Shown here in pieces: positions 37,501-52,339 of a stretch of 64,000 nt of DNA (positions within the stretch are counted from its first letter, which is position 1; each line of letters begins with the position of its first letter). The position numbers and the translations under genes are program-made. The notes below the pieces were generated by a model that was not told the DNA's origin, ran no database searches, and saw only the letters and a list, made by a program, of their open reading frames with translations. Source of the stretch: Epiperipatus broadwayi (taxonomy: Eukaryota > Animalia > Onychophora); NCBI GenBank assembly GCA_028023455.1, contig JAQFVV010000004.1:17918001-17982000 (forward strand), written 5' to 3'.

Positions 37501-38418
37501 ACTTAAATTTCATTAACACATTGCTACAAAAAAATAATGAAAATATACTTAATGCCACAGACTAATTAATAGCTTTTCAAAAAAAATTATCATTATGGGT
37601 TAAAAAGTTCTTGAAAATAATTTTGAAATGTTTGAATTAACAAACAGATATAAAAAAATAATTGTTGACGTCATAAAAAAAATATTTATAAACACTAGAA
37701 AAAAATTTAGAAACACATTTTTCATCACTGGAAATTGAAAAATATGATTGGATAAAAAAAATCTATTTTAAGCTACAGACACATCCTTGTTTCAAGAAGA
37801 GGAACAACTTCTTGCACTACCATCTGTTAGAATGCATAACTTAAATCACTCAGAAAATAGATTAAATAAGTTATAGATATTATTGATTCAGAACTAACAA
37901 AATATTAAATATTTTATTATAATTTCCTATGTTATATATTCATGAATTAGAATATTCTGAAATGATAACCTTAAAAAAAGATCCAGAATAAAAAATTTAA
38001 ATGAAATTCAAGTGGCCATTTCAAAAATTTATCTTAAAATTAATGACATTACTAAAATCAATAAGGCCCATATTTCACATTACAAAATATAAATTTATTA
38101 TTACCAATACTATTGTTCTGGAAAAAAAAACCCACCTATTTCCATTATTTACTAAAGCTTTAGTTTATTTATTATTAAAATGTGCTGATTTCTAACAAGT
38201 AGTAATATTTATAAATGTTAATCGATGTCCTATTTTAATTATTTTTCATAAAAATCTTTTGTGGTTTATTAATTGTTATCGTAAGAAAGTGTACAATATT
38301 GATTGTGATTGCTTACCAAAATCTTTATTTATTCATATTTATAAATATATATTGTGTGCCACAATAATTTTAGATCTATAGAAGTGTGCCACATATATAA
38401 AAAAGTTGAAAGCCAGTG
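34592..38418 (+). mobile_element. Decayed hAT (Buster/Charlie, ZBED5-like) element
   Basis: Transposase relics KIPLSDATIRRKI, SLQIDECTDIIGKVQL, TGQDIFQSVNSFFEKH and EIK*LSRGKVL; degenerate ends CAGTGACTTCAA / GTTGAAAGCCAGTG; GTGGCACAC / GTGTGCCAC subterminal motifs. Confidence 0.8.
35667..37016. mobile_element. Non-autonomous TIR element (1350 bp) with 8-bp TSD; superfamily uncertain (MULE-like?)
   Basis: 38-bp TIRs starting GTTTGTTTT (35667-35704, 36979-37016; 3 mismatches); TSD GATATATT (35659-35666, 37017-37024). Confidence 0.88.
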
Positions 38419-41400
38419 GTGTAGACAATTAGTCTATATCAAACATATCAGTAAAATCTTAATAGTTAAAGAACACGACCCAGTTTCTGGGCATTATATA
38501 TATATATTAAATATTAAATAAATCTTTAAATAATCAGTAATTTCTAATTTTAACAATACAATAATAATTTTGTACATAAATTTGAAATGTTGGAATATAG
38601 TATACTTATCTAAATAAATAAAAGCTAAATTTCAAATATCTGATGTATATGTCAAAAATATTAATATATAACTTGCAGTACTTCTTTTTAAATTTTTGTT
38701 TTAGATTAGTTTAACATGAACAATTTTTTGTACATATTAGATTAATATATCAACATTTCAAACATGTACAATAATTTTTGTCAAGGTAGAAATGATAAAA
38801 ACATTTCAAAAATTTGTCTAAGACAAAAAATAAAAACACACTTAAAAAGGTATATATATATAACACAAAATAGTTAAACAAATATATAAAATATATTTTT
38901 CAAAACTTTTTTTTCTTAAATTTTAAATAGATAAAAATCCTTAACAATAGAAAATAAATCTACTTTATAAGACATTATTTCACAAAAAAAAAAAAAACCT
39001 TAAAATTTATAAAATCACTCTCTCCCAGGTGGATTTAAAAAAAGCACTCTAAATAGCCTGGGGGAAGGCGATTTACTCCCTTTATTTATATATTACATTG
39101 AGCTATATTTAATTTAAAGTTTAAATTTAGATTTATAATACAACTTACCATTAAATCTATATTTAACCCACAACAGCTACAACACTTTTTAATAACATAA
39201 TTACTTCAGTTGGTATCTGGTACCATCCATGAAAGATCCATTATTTTATAATATAATTAAAATTCCAAATGGCTTTTAAAATAAGTAAAACAACTAAAAA
39301 TATTTTTAAAACAATTTACTTTAAACTGGAACATTTACTGCACATTTTTTGATGTGCCCCATAAAATTGTCTTATTACATATTGTGCATACATAAAGTTT
39401 TTCTTTTCAATTGGGATTAATTGGACACATTCTTTTAGAAAAATTAGATATTATAATATTTGTGTAAAAAAGTTAAAAATTTAATTACAGATCACAAAAA
39501 ATTAAGAAATAAAATTAGTTACCTTCAGAATACAACTGGTATAAGATATTGCTGAAGCAAAACAAAGGCTTAAATATTTATATTATGTGAGCAAAATGCA
39601 TACTAATAATTTTTTTTGCAAAATGCAGATACACGTACAAACGTCTTCAATTCATAAAATTCTAAAAAATCAAGGCATATGAAAAATTTGTGCAGTATGA
39701 TATATTGCTTGTAACCCAACCACAATGAGTTAATTAATTTTACAAATTAAAGTAATTTTGGAAGTATTAAGGATTTTTCTTTAAAATTAAAAAACATTCA
39801 GTTTTGAAAAGTATTAAACTCTTTTGTCCCAGTTAGCAAGGAAAATTGGTGCTCAAAAATGCACTGTAAATCAAAGACTTTGCATTAAAAAATTAGCTAT
39901 TATAATGAGTTCCTATTGGGGAAAAAAAAATGTTCATTTAAATTTAAAATACATACAAAAATGTGATTTAAAAAAATAAAAGCTTAAATTGAAAAATAAG
40001 CTAATTAATATATATTTTACTAAACATATTATTAAATAAAAATTATAACCTGTGGGTAAATATACTAGTGTATAATAACATTTTGTAGCTATAATTTTTT
40101 TTTCAAAAAAATTATGTAAAACTTTTTCATTGACAGTCCACCATTTTATTTTTTAAATAGCAAAAGAATATTTTTTTCGAATTCATGAGCATGAAGCTAA
40201 CTACAATGTAGAATTTAAAATTTTTTAAAAATTAACTAAACACAATGTACATTTTAAAATTTAATTTTTTATTTTTGTAATTAACAACCCTATTGTTAAT
40301 TTTTTTTATAACAAGGCTTTGTGAATTGTATTTATTTTACATAAATGCAGTGTAATTAAATAAAAATTTGATAAAGAAATATAATGTACAGTTAGTTGAA
40401 AATCTTTTTTTTTTTTGCCAATACTAAAGATTTATTTTTTTAAAAGCTATCTTTACTAAAAACAAATTACAAGATTATTGATTTAAATTTTAGAAAATAA
40501 ATGATATTTTAAACTTATATTTAATAATCTTTATATATGAAGTTAATTATTGAGTGTAAAATACACAGAAACATTTCCCCCCTCTAAATAATTTACAATT
40601 ATGATGCATAAAATATTTTACAATTATATACTTTTTGCTGCAAGCAAAATAATATTCGTAAAAATTTTAATCCATAATACTAATTGAGAGAATATATTTT
40701 ATCTAATGTATATATATTAAAATTTAATATTAATACAACTTGCTGTTATACATAACAAAAGTATATTTTTGATTACTTACTATACTAAATGAAACTGGCA
40801 TTTATTTATTTTTTCTTTTATAGGCATTTACAATGAAAATCTTCTTCATTTTGGATATATCATAAATGAAAGCACTAACTGTCTTGCAAAGATAGTGGAT
40901 GAAAATCAAATAAAATATTTTTAACACATTTTAATTCTATAATCAAAACAATATTGTATAATAACTTCTGCGCTATACATTTTTAGCATCAATATCACCA
41001 TTTTATTTTTAGACGATGTGGTTTTAGTGTAATCACTATCCTATGACATATCAATCATACAAAATGGCCACCATTTTGATAAAATGGTGGTTACTTTTTA
41101 AAAAAGTTCTATTTTTTTTTTTTTAAAGATCACAATAGTGAATAAACATTGTAAATCAAAATAGTACACATACTGTTAATTGCTATGGTGAATCCTCGCA
41201 TGGGTAAAGGTGTATTTTAATATTAGTCTATGTATTTTGTATTATTTATATGTTTTTGTTGTGTTTTGTTTCAAACAATCTTCTAAAATATTTTTGTAAT
41301 TTGTGTCTTGAGAAAGATTGTGATAAATAATGAAAAACATTGGACTGTAAATGTAATGTGGACAACAATTTGTTCATATTAAATTAGTTCAATAATAATA

Positions 41401-43370
41401 AAAACAAGTTTAAAAAGTAAAAAAAAAGAATAATGCAATTTATATATTATTGATGCTGAACTAAGTTTAAAAAGAAAAAAAAAATTATTTTTCAGAATAT
41501 ATTAAAATATATAGCTATGAATATGATATAGTGTTTCACTGATTGCTAACGACTACTGCCACAATGTGTACAAAATTTATGAACTATTTTAAATATAATA
41601 GATTCCATGAGATTGTTTTATGGTACAATACCATCAATTACAAATGAGAATGTAAAACATAAATTATCAGCAAAATAAAAAATAAAAATAAAATGTGAAG
41701 TTTTCCTCTACTGATAATTTGTTACCTTGGAAAAAGTACAGATGCAGAATTTCAATGAGATTATATTGAAAAATAAAAAATAGTACAGTTTCAAATTATT
41801 TGTCACTATATTAGAATCAGATCTTATTTTTTTGTATTTACAATGTTTGTGTACACAGATCATATTTTGTAGCAAAGATTTTCTTGATTAAAATATGAAA
41901 TCTAAACAAGTTTTGATTTTACAGCAGGAGTGGAAAAGACGGCAATTGTGGTCCAGCAGAAATACATTTTTTATGTGCATGTGGTCATTAGATAGCTATA
42001 CAATATATATATATATTGAAACAAGCATGCTTGTTTCACTTGTGCATGTATTCTAAAAACTACTTTACCCTCTCACCTTAAAAAACAACGAATGTAAAAA
42101 AAAAAAGTTGATCGTATATTTTTTAGAAAAATACAGCAAAAAGTTTAATTTATAACTTTACAAAAAAATCATTATTTTCTATAATTGAGAAAAGAAAATA
42201 ATAAAGATAAATCATTATTGATTTTATAGTTTTGGATTACGATATAATTTAAATATATCACTCGTATTTATTTAAAGCTGGCATGTATTAAAGTGATTAC
42301 ATTTTTAATTTTTGGATGTTTTCAAATAAAGTGTAATAATCACTTGAGGCAAAGTTAGTAAATTGAAAAACATGGCTTAATCTTCATGCGTTCTTATCTA
42401 TCCCGCTAAAAAAGTAGATTATCCAATCATTATGAAGAGAAAGGCAATCGGACTTAAATGAGAGCTGTGAAATGACTATGATATGTGGGCTGAACTGTTT
42501 AATCAATCCAGAATCAGAATATATATAGTCAAGTTGCAAGTTCAGAGGCAGATTAGATTGGATTTTTAAAGTGTATGTTTAAAGAAGATTTTTTTTGAAA
42601 AAGATAGTAAGAAAAGTGAAGAATTAAAAAGTTAAAATTCTTATTTAAGTGTTACTCAACTCTGACTTTCGTCACCTTGAAATATAATCTTTACAACCAC
42701 TGTTAATAATGGAAAAAGAAAACATTATTAATGAAAACATAACGATGGAGGGCTAACGTAACAGCTTTTCCTCTTCATTCTAAGCCGATTTTTCAAGATT
42801 TGCCTGGATAGACATCATAGAAAGGAGATAATGCCATTCAGCTGAAATGCGATGACCCCCTTTTTGAAGGGACAAACTGGATAAATGAAGGTAATGATTT
42901 TATAAAAATATTCGATATTATGTGCTTTCTTAAACTAAAATCATCTATGTTTTTTAAAAAACAAACAAAACGTCTTCATTATAAATAAATAAAAAAGAAT
43001 TATTACTAAAAATAGCTGCGTAAAAATACGTTCTGTTAATAATAAATTGTAAATGATAAATATTAAAAATATCTATAATCAAAAGGCATTTTTAATAAGG
43101 ATTGACTTCTTATCTACAGATTACATTTGAATTAAAATAAACTAAAAAATGAATACTTATAACGAGTAATATTATTGATTTACAAATATACCTAGAAGAG
43201 TCAGAAATACTGAGCTATTACATATAACTCTAACTGGCTAATAAATAAATGCAGCCGCTGATCAACTTACATGAAGAAATATACATCTGTGGCAGACCAA
43301 ATAATAATGGTTATGCTATATATCACTAAATAAAAATTACAAATACTTACATGCATCTTGATGGTATATA

Positions 43371-43863
43371 AATAAAATAATGGAAGACTATATGGATTAT
43401 AAATGCTTACCTGCATATTGGTATTATGTGAAAAAAGTAATGAAACTTATGCTCATAGATGCACATTTACACTGACTAGATTATGAATAGTCCACAAACT
43501 CAGAATTGTTCACATTATCTGTTTTGATAAATATAAATAAAATAATGAAAGACTATATGGATTATAAATGCTTACCTGCATATTGGTATTATGTGAAGAA
43601 AGTAATGAAACTTATGCACATAGATGCACATTTACACTGACTAGATTATGAATAGTCCACAAACTCAGAATTGTTCATATTACCTGTTTTGATAAATATA
43701 AATAAAATAATGAAAGACTATATAAATTATAAATACTTACCTGCATATTGGTATTATGTGAAGAAAGTAATGAAACTTATGCACATAAATGCACATTTAC
43801 ACTGACTGGACTATTAATAGTCCACAAACCAAGAATTGTTCACATTACCTGTTTGATAAATAG
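43371..43863. repeat. 165-bp tandem repeat, three copies plus diverged flanking copies
   Basis: Units start at 43371, 43536 and 43701; a diverged fourth unit runs 43864-~44020. Confidence 0.92.
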
Positions 43864-45029
43864 AATAAAATAATGTACTATAAAAATTACAAATGCTTAC
43901 ATGAATCTCGATTGTATACAAAAAAAATAATGAAACTTGTGAGCACCAATGTACATTGATACTTGACTGAAATATAGAAATCTTACAGATCTGGAATAGC
44001 TCATCTTATCTATTTACCTACCTAAAAGGGATATACTGATATGGAATAAAGAGTGGAAAAATATTCATGCAGTATTGGTAGACGTCTACTAGATAAAAGA
44101 CCCTTTGAATCCTTTACCTAAGATACATCAAAATGAGCCTTCATTTGAAATGAAGGATGAACTTTATTAAAATGAATTGCAAATGAACTATTGATCAACA
44201 AACTGCTTCTAACCTTTTCATAAATGAAATGAAAATGAGTCATCACATGGATAGGAATGAACTTTATTAGAACTGGCAAATTAATTGTTATTAAATAAAA
44301 TTATTGTTACTAAAAAATTAAATTTAGTTATCCAGTTGTTCAGTTCTATTTTTTGTTGTTGTTGTTATTGCATCACTCATCATTCAGTACACTTGTTCAT
44401 GATAATCTCATGCCTCCTGAGCTACGTCTGGCATAACTAGACCTAGGTAAGTCAGGTTGTAGTGAGATGGAACTCTAGTGGTGCCATTTGGAAAACCAAA
44501 CACATAAATGTCTAGATGCTTCCAGCCTCTATGATTGTTGTAGGGGGGGGGTTAACATCTGCATTGGGGAATGCCAATTGATAGTTCCTTCCTGCAACAT
44601 GCTCATCAGGAAATAAATACAAATGAAGTAATAAGGTTGAGTGTTGTTGATATATTGCATGCATACTGCCACTGCAAGTAAGAATCAGCTTTTCACAATT
44701 GAGGTGGTTGTGTGTAGTTCACAAGCTAATCAATTAATGTGTCAGATGATCCATATGCTTTCATTAGAAATATATGATGGTAAAGATGCCAATTACAAAT
44801 TCATAAGCTCAATGAATATGTTTATGGTACAACACAAAAGGACAATGGACAACATTGAATAATATCCATCGATCATAAAGCCTGTAACTGTTTTTTTGTT
44901 GTGATAGATTCACAGATTTAAATAGTTTAATATAAAAAAAATATTTTATCATATTTTAAAAGTGGGGTGTAATATCTGAGACAAGTACAAAGTAAAGAGA
45001 GAGACAGTTTTAATACAGAATGATAAGAA

Positions 45030-45971
45030 CAGCTTTAATTTACAATGGTGAAAGCAAATTATAGGAGTTATGTATGTCATGCAAGTATGTCACTTCCAAC
45101 AAAAGGAAACATCAAAAGATATTTTAAAACATTGCATGCAAGTTTTGATGAAGATTTTCCACCCATAAGCAAATTATACAAATAAAAGTTAATCAGCCAA
45201 CAATTATGTTTTATTAAACTCATTATTAAATCTAAAGCTGCAACAATTGCACCATTTCATATGAATTATATGTTAACAAAATATAAAAAATCTTTTGTAG
45301 ATGAAGAAATAATAATAATAATAATAATAAAAGCATTTCTAGAAGCCAATGATTCATTATTTGAAAATGAAATTATTTCTACAAGTAAAAACAAACAACT
45401 TTCCCATAGAATTGTCAGTCATCATAGAGAAATTATAAATTCTGATCTGTTTGAATAACTAACTGCATTTGTTTTTCTTTATAGTTTAATAAATCTCCCA
45501 ACATACTTAATATTCGTCAGCTTTATATTTTTATAAAAATGTTTTTTATGGATATGAATGTGAAAGAATTTTTAGCAATATTATCTTTAAAGAAGAAAAC
45601 ATGAGGTGAAGATGTTTATTGTTTTTTCAAAAAAATATAGAGAAAAAAAATTCAAATTTATAAAATTGGATTGATGACAACTAATGGTACACCATCATTA
45701 TTTATAATTATTGTTACTACATTTAAAATACAAGGAATAAATCCTTTATGTTGCTTTTGCAAATTAAAAATAAGTCCTAGATATAATAAAATATCTTTAT
45801 CTAACAACAAAATGATATATGACAATATCTGTAATATAGTCATATAATCATAACACATAAAAATAGCATATAAAAGCTCTTTTCAGCAAATTATAATATA
45901 TAGGTGATGGATCACGTCAATTGGAGAAAATTACAAGTAACCCTTGCTCTATAACAGTCTACCCACCCCTG
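45030..45971 (+). pseudogene. hAT transposase fragment with a possible right TIR
   Basis: VCHASMSLPTKGNIKRYFKTLHASFDEDFP and YMLTKYKKSFVDEEII..KAFLEANDSLFENE..QLSHRIV; CCCACCCCTG ends at 45971. Confidence 0.7.
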
Positions 45972-48900
45972 TTTAACACCATATACTGTATCTATTATAA
46001 TGAGAGAGAAGTTCATGAAATATTTCATCTGTAAATTGGCCATGAATTAGATAAAAAATACATTTAAAAAATGCACAAAAATCATCTTACAAATATTCTA
46101 AATAGTTCGTGTCCCATATTGGATACCAAAATGCAATAGAAGAAGAGTACATGTGATATTTATCTACAACATTGTCCCACATTGGTACACAAAATGTAAT
46201 GAAAAAAAAAATGTGTGAAAATCATCTTATGAAGATTCCAGATATGAAATTCATCTATCAATGATCATGCCACTCTTTGTAAAGACAAATGTTAATAGGA
46301 TGAAGAGATTAGCTTATAATAATATTAAATGTGCAACTACACATGTTGAATATGTTAAACTTAATTAAATAACAGTGATTTTTTTTCATTACTTTCAAAT
46401 ATTATACAAACATAAAAATAACACTGATGACCAAACGAAATTGAATTTTAATTGTAAATGAAATGCAGTTCATTCTTCAAATTATATTTTCAGATATATA
46501 AAATTACCTTAAGAGTACTTTTATGTGATGTACTATTTTTATAAAATTTTCATTAGATTTTTAATATCTTTTAACAGATTTACAATTTCACAATTTTTGT
46601 TATCAGAAAAAAAATTTTTTTATAAGTTTTATACGGATTGACTTTTTTTTTATCTAATCTTACACAGATGATCCCTAATTATTTGATACAATTAATTTAC
46701 TACTTAGTTGAATTTAAAGTGATAACAGTGTCTCAGAATAGGATGTGCTTATGTATGTGCACTGCAGTAATACATGGCACATTAAAATGTTCTGAATGAA
46801 ATTTAATAAATAAACATACAACCACAGATTTATTTTAGTTCAAACAGTAAAAGTTTGGCTAGAATTCAGTAGTGTATTTATATTTTTAAACAATATTAAA
46901 ACTCAAATTTATAAAATGTTTTAAAGGCAACAGTGAAATTGTAACAAATTTTCTCTAACATTTAAATTAAAATTTGCATTCAAAACAAACAAATATTCCT
47001 ATATCCTGCTTAGTGCTTCATCATTATGCGAGGATTCATAATAATGATCATCATCAATCTGTACCCATTATTTTGAGTTACAATTTATTATTCACTATAA
47101 TAGTCTTAAAAAAAAGTCATTCTTTTTTGGCAGCCATTTTTGAGACTGATGACATCATAGGATAGTTATTAAAGCTATGCCATCCAAAAGCAAAATAGAG
47201 GCTTTCATTCTGAAATTGTATAGTACAGAATTTATTCATAATACACAATATTACAGTGTTGTATACAATATTTTGATTGTAAACTTAAATATGATTAACG
47301 AATGTATAGCACAGTATTTTATATAATTTTCATTCAGCATCCTTGCAAGACAATCAGTACTTCACTAATGACAAATCTAAAGTAAAGATTTTCATTGTTA
47401 ATGATTACAAAATCCCCCCAAAAAATATTTCTTTCAATAAAATAAATAATTAAAATCATATTTTCATGGTATACAACAACCAAATATATTCATACAGTTT
47501 AAACTTTAAAATGTGTACATTAGTTTAAAAACTATACATTATATTTACTCACTTTATGGATTAAAATTCTTGTTACTTGACTTACAACAAAAATTATCAT
47601 TATTATATTATAATTTAGTTATTGTAATTATAATTTTGGGGAAAAAATGATAATAATGAACTTTATATGATCAAAAATTGCTAAATCTAAATTAAAAATG
47701 ACAATCTACTTGCTCGATTTTAAAACATCTTGTAATTTGTTTCAGAATAGCAGATATTATCACTAATGTATAAAAATATAGAAAGAGAAAAAAATGAAAA
47801 TTTCATTCAGCATAAAACTAAAATTAAATTTTGGTCATATATACTATTGATATTTAATTTTAAATTGTGTATAGTATAAATATTAGCTAATCAATTTTGA
47901 ACTAAAATCTTTATGAATGCTAATTTCAATCAAATCGAAACTATTAGTGTACATGTATTTGCAGTTTTAAAAAAATGTGAGCATAATTTCATGCAATTAA
48001 TAATAAATTTTGTACGATAAAAATGTTAATACAAATAAATTGAAAAAGATTCATACTTTTAATATTTACTTAAATAGTTTGTATCTCTGGCATCACAAGT
48101 ACTGCACTATTCAAAAAATTTTGAAGTCATTTCAAAGAAAATGACTACTGCATTTAATAAAATGTGATATCTCATGGCCTAAAAAACAAAAGCCACATCT
48201 AACATATTTATATATAAAGTGTTATTTATTTATATCCATATAGTACATATTGTTAAAAAAAAAAGCCTTAAATATTGATTACAATGTGCAATCACAAAAT
48301 GAATTACATACTTTTTTTCTTTTTTAACGTTTTCAGTGGCGGTAGTGTGATTGCTGCTAGCGGCGGCCGATTCATTGAAATTTTTTTAAAAAATTGCAGG
48401 AAAATTATAGGTATGTTTACCAAATCCTAGCAGTCTCTGCTGCTTGAGTTCCTTTTTAAAATGGCATATTGCATGTTAAAATTGGACAAAATTTTGATTT
48501 TTTATTAACATTTTTATTAATAGGTTCATTTAATTTTTTCTTTTCTACTTAGTTTATTAGATTGCACAAAGAAGACAAAGGCAGAATTTTATTATTGGCC
48601 AGATTCATTACTAAAATGAATTTAAAATGTCTCAATGATTCAAGGCCTTCAGCCCGATAAAAATGTAATATTGTAAGTATTCTATTTTAATTTTTTTTTT
48701 ATTATTTGCATAGAATTTTAAATTTTTCTATTATTTGCATAGTATTATTTTAATTTTTTTTTATTATTTGATAAATTATAATTTATTAATGAGTTTGCAT
48801 TTGTATTAGTGTGTTGTATTCAAATATAACAGAGGTTTATGTACAATGTAATTTTGAGGCTCAGATCCAAGTTTTAGCCAACCTTATTTTATAGATATAA

Positions 48901-49499
48901 TGATTCTCAAAGGGTTTAATAATTTATTAGTGTATTTATATTTGTATTAGTGTTTGCTCTTGCATGTTTGTGTTTGTATAACAAGTAATGATGTTTATAT
49001 ATAAAATTAAGGTGTTATAGAGCAGTGCAATGTAAATTTTAAGACCGATTATCATATGTACAGAAGTCAGTTTTTAAAAAATTCAATATGGCGCCAAAGC
49101 CCCTAATATAGTTAATATGTTAGAATTTTTATTTTTTCAAATTAACTGAGCAATGTACAATCTATAATTTGCTATTCTTGTACTATTAATAAATAACAAG
49201 TCTTTATGGTCACAACAGTACAGTTAAGTGACATTATTAAATATTGTTTTTTTTAAAATTCTAAATAATTTCACATAAATAATATAAGATTATGAATTTT
49301 AAAAAAAATAAAACTTCAGTATGTTTTTTTTTTCAGCACAATAGTTAACAATTTTGTGGACGAACACAAAAAATTGTCAACTGTGAGCTTACCGTCCCTT
49401 TCTAGGATCATTTTTCTGTATGTTTGCATAGTACAATAACATTTTTTCCTAATCATATTAAAAATAAAAAATAAATGTTTTTTTTTTTTAATTTGCAGC

Positions 49500-49900
49500 T
49501 ACATACATACATTTTCTATTGACATCATAGCAGCAATTTATAGATCAAAGAATCATTGCAACCTTCAAGATATACTAATTTCAACAAGTAATGCAGCATT
49601 TTGTCGATACTTTGGAGAAAGTTGCCTCACATGGAAGAATTAACTAACCAAAAAGCTTGTGGAAAAAACCTGGACATCAAAAAACTGGAGAAATTAATTT
49701 GGTATTATGAGGCTATAAAAAGCATTTGGGAAAAAATTGATCTCAACTTAGAAGCTCCATCAAATCTAAAAATGCCTTAAATCAATGAATAAGATCTTAG
49801 AATGAATAGAAACAATGCAGTAAATGTGGAAGTCCAGAAAGTGAAAGAAAATGTTATAGATGAAGTAGGGGTAGTAACTATGAGACAGTATTGATAGGGG
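49500..49900 (+). pseudogene. Possible decayed LINE (RTE-like) 3' fragment
   Basis: SCLTWK and KKPGHQKT pieces resemble the RTE C-terminal W..R..GRPK motif. Heavily disrupted. Confidence 0.3.
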
Positions 49901-51806
49901 ACTCACTGTACAAAGAGAAAATCAAAGAAGCAAGTCAACCATTCATTTTAAATTTTTTTCCTAGAGATCATTAGTCACAAACACTTTTGGTGTACTCCCA
50001 AAAAAAAAAAAAAAAAAACAAAAAAACATGATCATTAAAGGATTTACAAGACAATGGATGATGATGAATGCAAAATAGATGAATTATAAGAAAAAATAAC
50101 TTTCAATGTTTTTATTTACTTTTTACATAGATTTAAATTGCATTATGTTGCCAACATACATATTTCAAGTGCATATGTTATATATAAAGCTCGCAAAATA
50201 GAGGTCATGTGACATCTGACTTGATTTTTATTTTTTTTTTTTTTTGTCATTTCAAGTGCATATCTGCATAATACACATATAGCAAAGTTTACATATGCAT
50301 ACATCAAACATTCAGGTTTTTTTAATTACTATATATACTAGTTTAAGTTATTAATGTAATATTAACAATTTATGACCTAATTTTTATCCACAGAAATGAG
50401 CTAAATTTTTTCCCATACAAAACCATTATAATCTCTTGCTTTTTATAAGATCTTTTTGCTTTACATTGAGTTTTGGGAGACCAATTGTCCTCACTAAGCA
50501 AAGTAAAGATGTACTAACAAAAAGAAATTAATTTATTTTTACACATTCCTTTTTTAAATTTTAGAGTGAAAAAAATGGATTATGTATTATATATGCGAGA
50601 ATAGTCTTTATAGCATTATTACTACTACACATAATATTCATTATAGATTTTTATAATAATTTTTCATAAAAATCTGAAATTTTTATTGAAAAAACTGAAT
50701 GTGCATTATATGTGTGCACAGTATAGAAACAAACATATGGTATTTAAATATATTGCTTTTTTTTCTTAATTAATAATTTTCAAATGAAGCTTTTAGAGTA
50801 AAGTCATAAAATTCATACAAACTATAATGCTATATGTTACATGTGATAATAGAATAAATGCTCAAAATTTATTCGGTTGCATATCTGCATAAATATATTT
50901 CTCAAATATTGCTAAACCTCCATTAAAATATAATCCAACATCACACTCACTTTGACAACTTATTAAAAATATTGAAAATAATGACCAACATTTCCAGCAA
51001 AATATCACCTATCTAATAATTTGAATAAATTCAAAATAAATATTCTTAATATTTACAAATTAGTTAAACATTAATATTTTTTAAATATGCTCACTACATT
51101 ATTATTTTATATTCTGTTTACAATTATATTGTTTAGTATGACCATCATGCTAAATGGATTAAGGCAATTTGGTTCATGTTCACTTTAAAAGATGAAAAAA
51201 ATTATCATATAAGTCTCTCAATCTTTCTCCTGTTCTTCATTATCTATTGTTAAGTTATTGTTTTCTGTTGTTTTTTTCAATACCTCTCCTATCTTTATGG
51301 CACTTTTTTTTTGACTCCAAATTGTTATTCTATTACATTTCTCTTATAAGTATATCTATCTAGTATTATCAGACTTTCTTTATAAATCATTATGAGCATA
51401 GTAAACAAAACTTGATATAAAGATCCATTTATAATTCCTAAATGACATGATGTACATGGTTTAAAGCAGTGGTAGAATGGAGCTCAAAGTCCATGAAATA
51501 CAGTTCTAGTTCTGTTACTTCCGATGAACTTCTTATGAACTGAACAATAAATCATTCTATTTTTTTTTTTTTTTTAAGGTTTCCAATTTTATTACTATAG
51601 TTATTGGTTGTTAATGATATATGGGTTAATCATTTAAAAGAGAAAAGTGGATTAAAATTTTTAAATCCAACAAAATGATTTTTTTTTAAAAACTTAGGAA
51701 AAAAAGTTACAAGTTAGGTTATAATTCCAAGATTTAATAGACCAAACTATATTATTATAAGAAGAAATTAATGCTTAGTTAGAAATATCCTCTGAAACTA
51801 CAAAAC

Positions 51807-51961
51807 TAGAAATTGGTCTGGGGGATAGGGATATTCGGAAAAGCTTGTTAAAAGCTATTCATATTGGTCTGAATATCCTAGCACCTCACTAATGACAGCC
51901 AACAGTTAGAAACCGGTCTGGAGACAGAGATATTCGGAAAAGCTTGTTAAAAGCTATTCAT
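51807..51961. repeat. ~55-bp direct repeat at 100-bp spacing
   Basis: TAGAAA..GGTCTGG.GA.AG.GATATTCGGAAAAGCTTGTTAAAAGCTATTCAT at 51807 and 51907. Confidence 0.8.
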
Positions 51962-52339
51962 GCTCATTATATAATACAATCTTGAAGAATATTCATTGAT
52001 CATCAACTAATTTATAATAGAAAACTCTTGTGCCAATTTTTCTTGATTTGCTTTCTCATGGGATTCTATATGCATAAAAAAATAATTTTTGTATTTGAAA
52101 AATATTTATAGGTATTTAAAATAACATTGCAATTAAAAATTTCTAATTTCAAATGCTTTGATTAAATCAAATATGACAATGACTGTTTTAATAACATTTT
52201 GAAATTTAATATTTAATTCATATAAATGGATGAAGCCATTCAATGTCCATTAATTGATTGTATTGTTCAATGACATTCATATTACGTAAAAAAAAATTTC
52301 CTTTAAACATTCAACAAATCTTTGAAGAACTTTTCCAAG

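Noticed and set aside
41068-41090. CCACCATTTT-GAT-AAAATGGTGG hairpin as a terminator or Helitron end
   Set aside because: Isolated 10-bp stem with no associated element or CTRR terminus.
43371-43863. CRISPR-like array
   Set aside because: Whole units are near-identical with no unique spacers; this is a tandem repeat in eukaryotic DNA.
44100-44230. Run of in-frame TGA codons suggesting genetic code 4 or bacterial/mitochondrial origin
   Set aside because: TAA and TAG also interrupt the frame; TGA enrichment is expected from decay in AT-rich DNA.
48335-48700. CAGTGGCGG start as an hAT end with THAP-like exons
   Set aside because: No matching right TIR or TSD, and translations lack convincing motifs.
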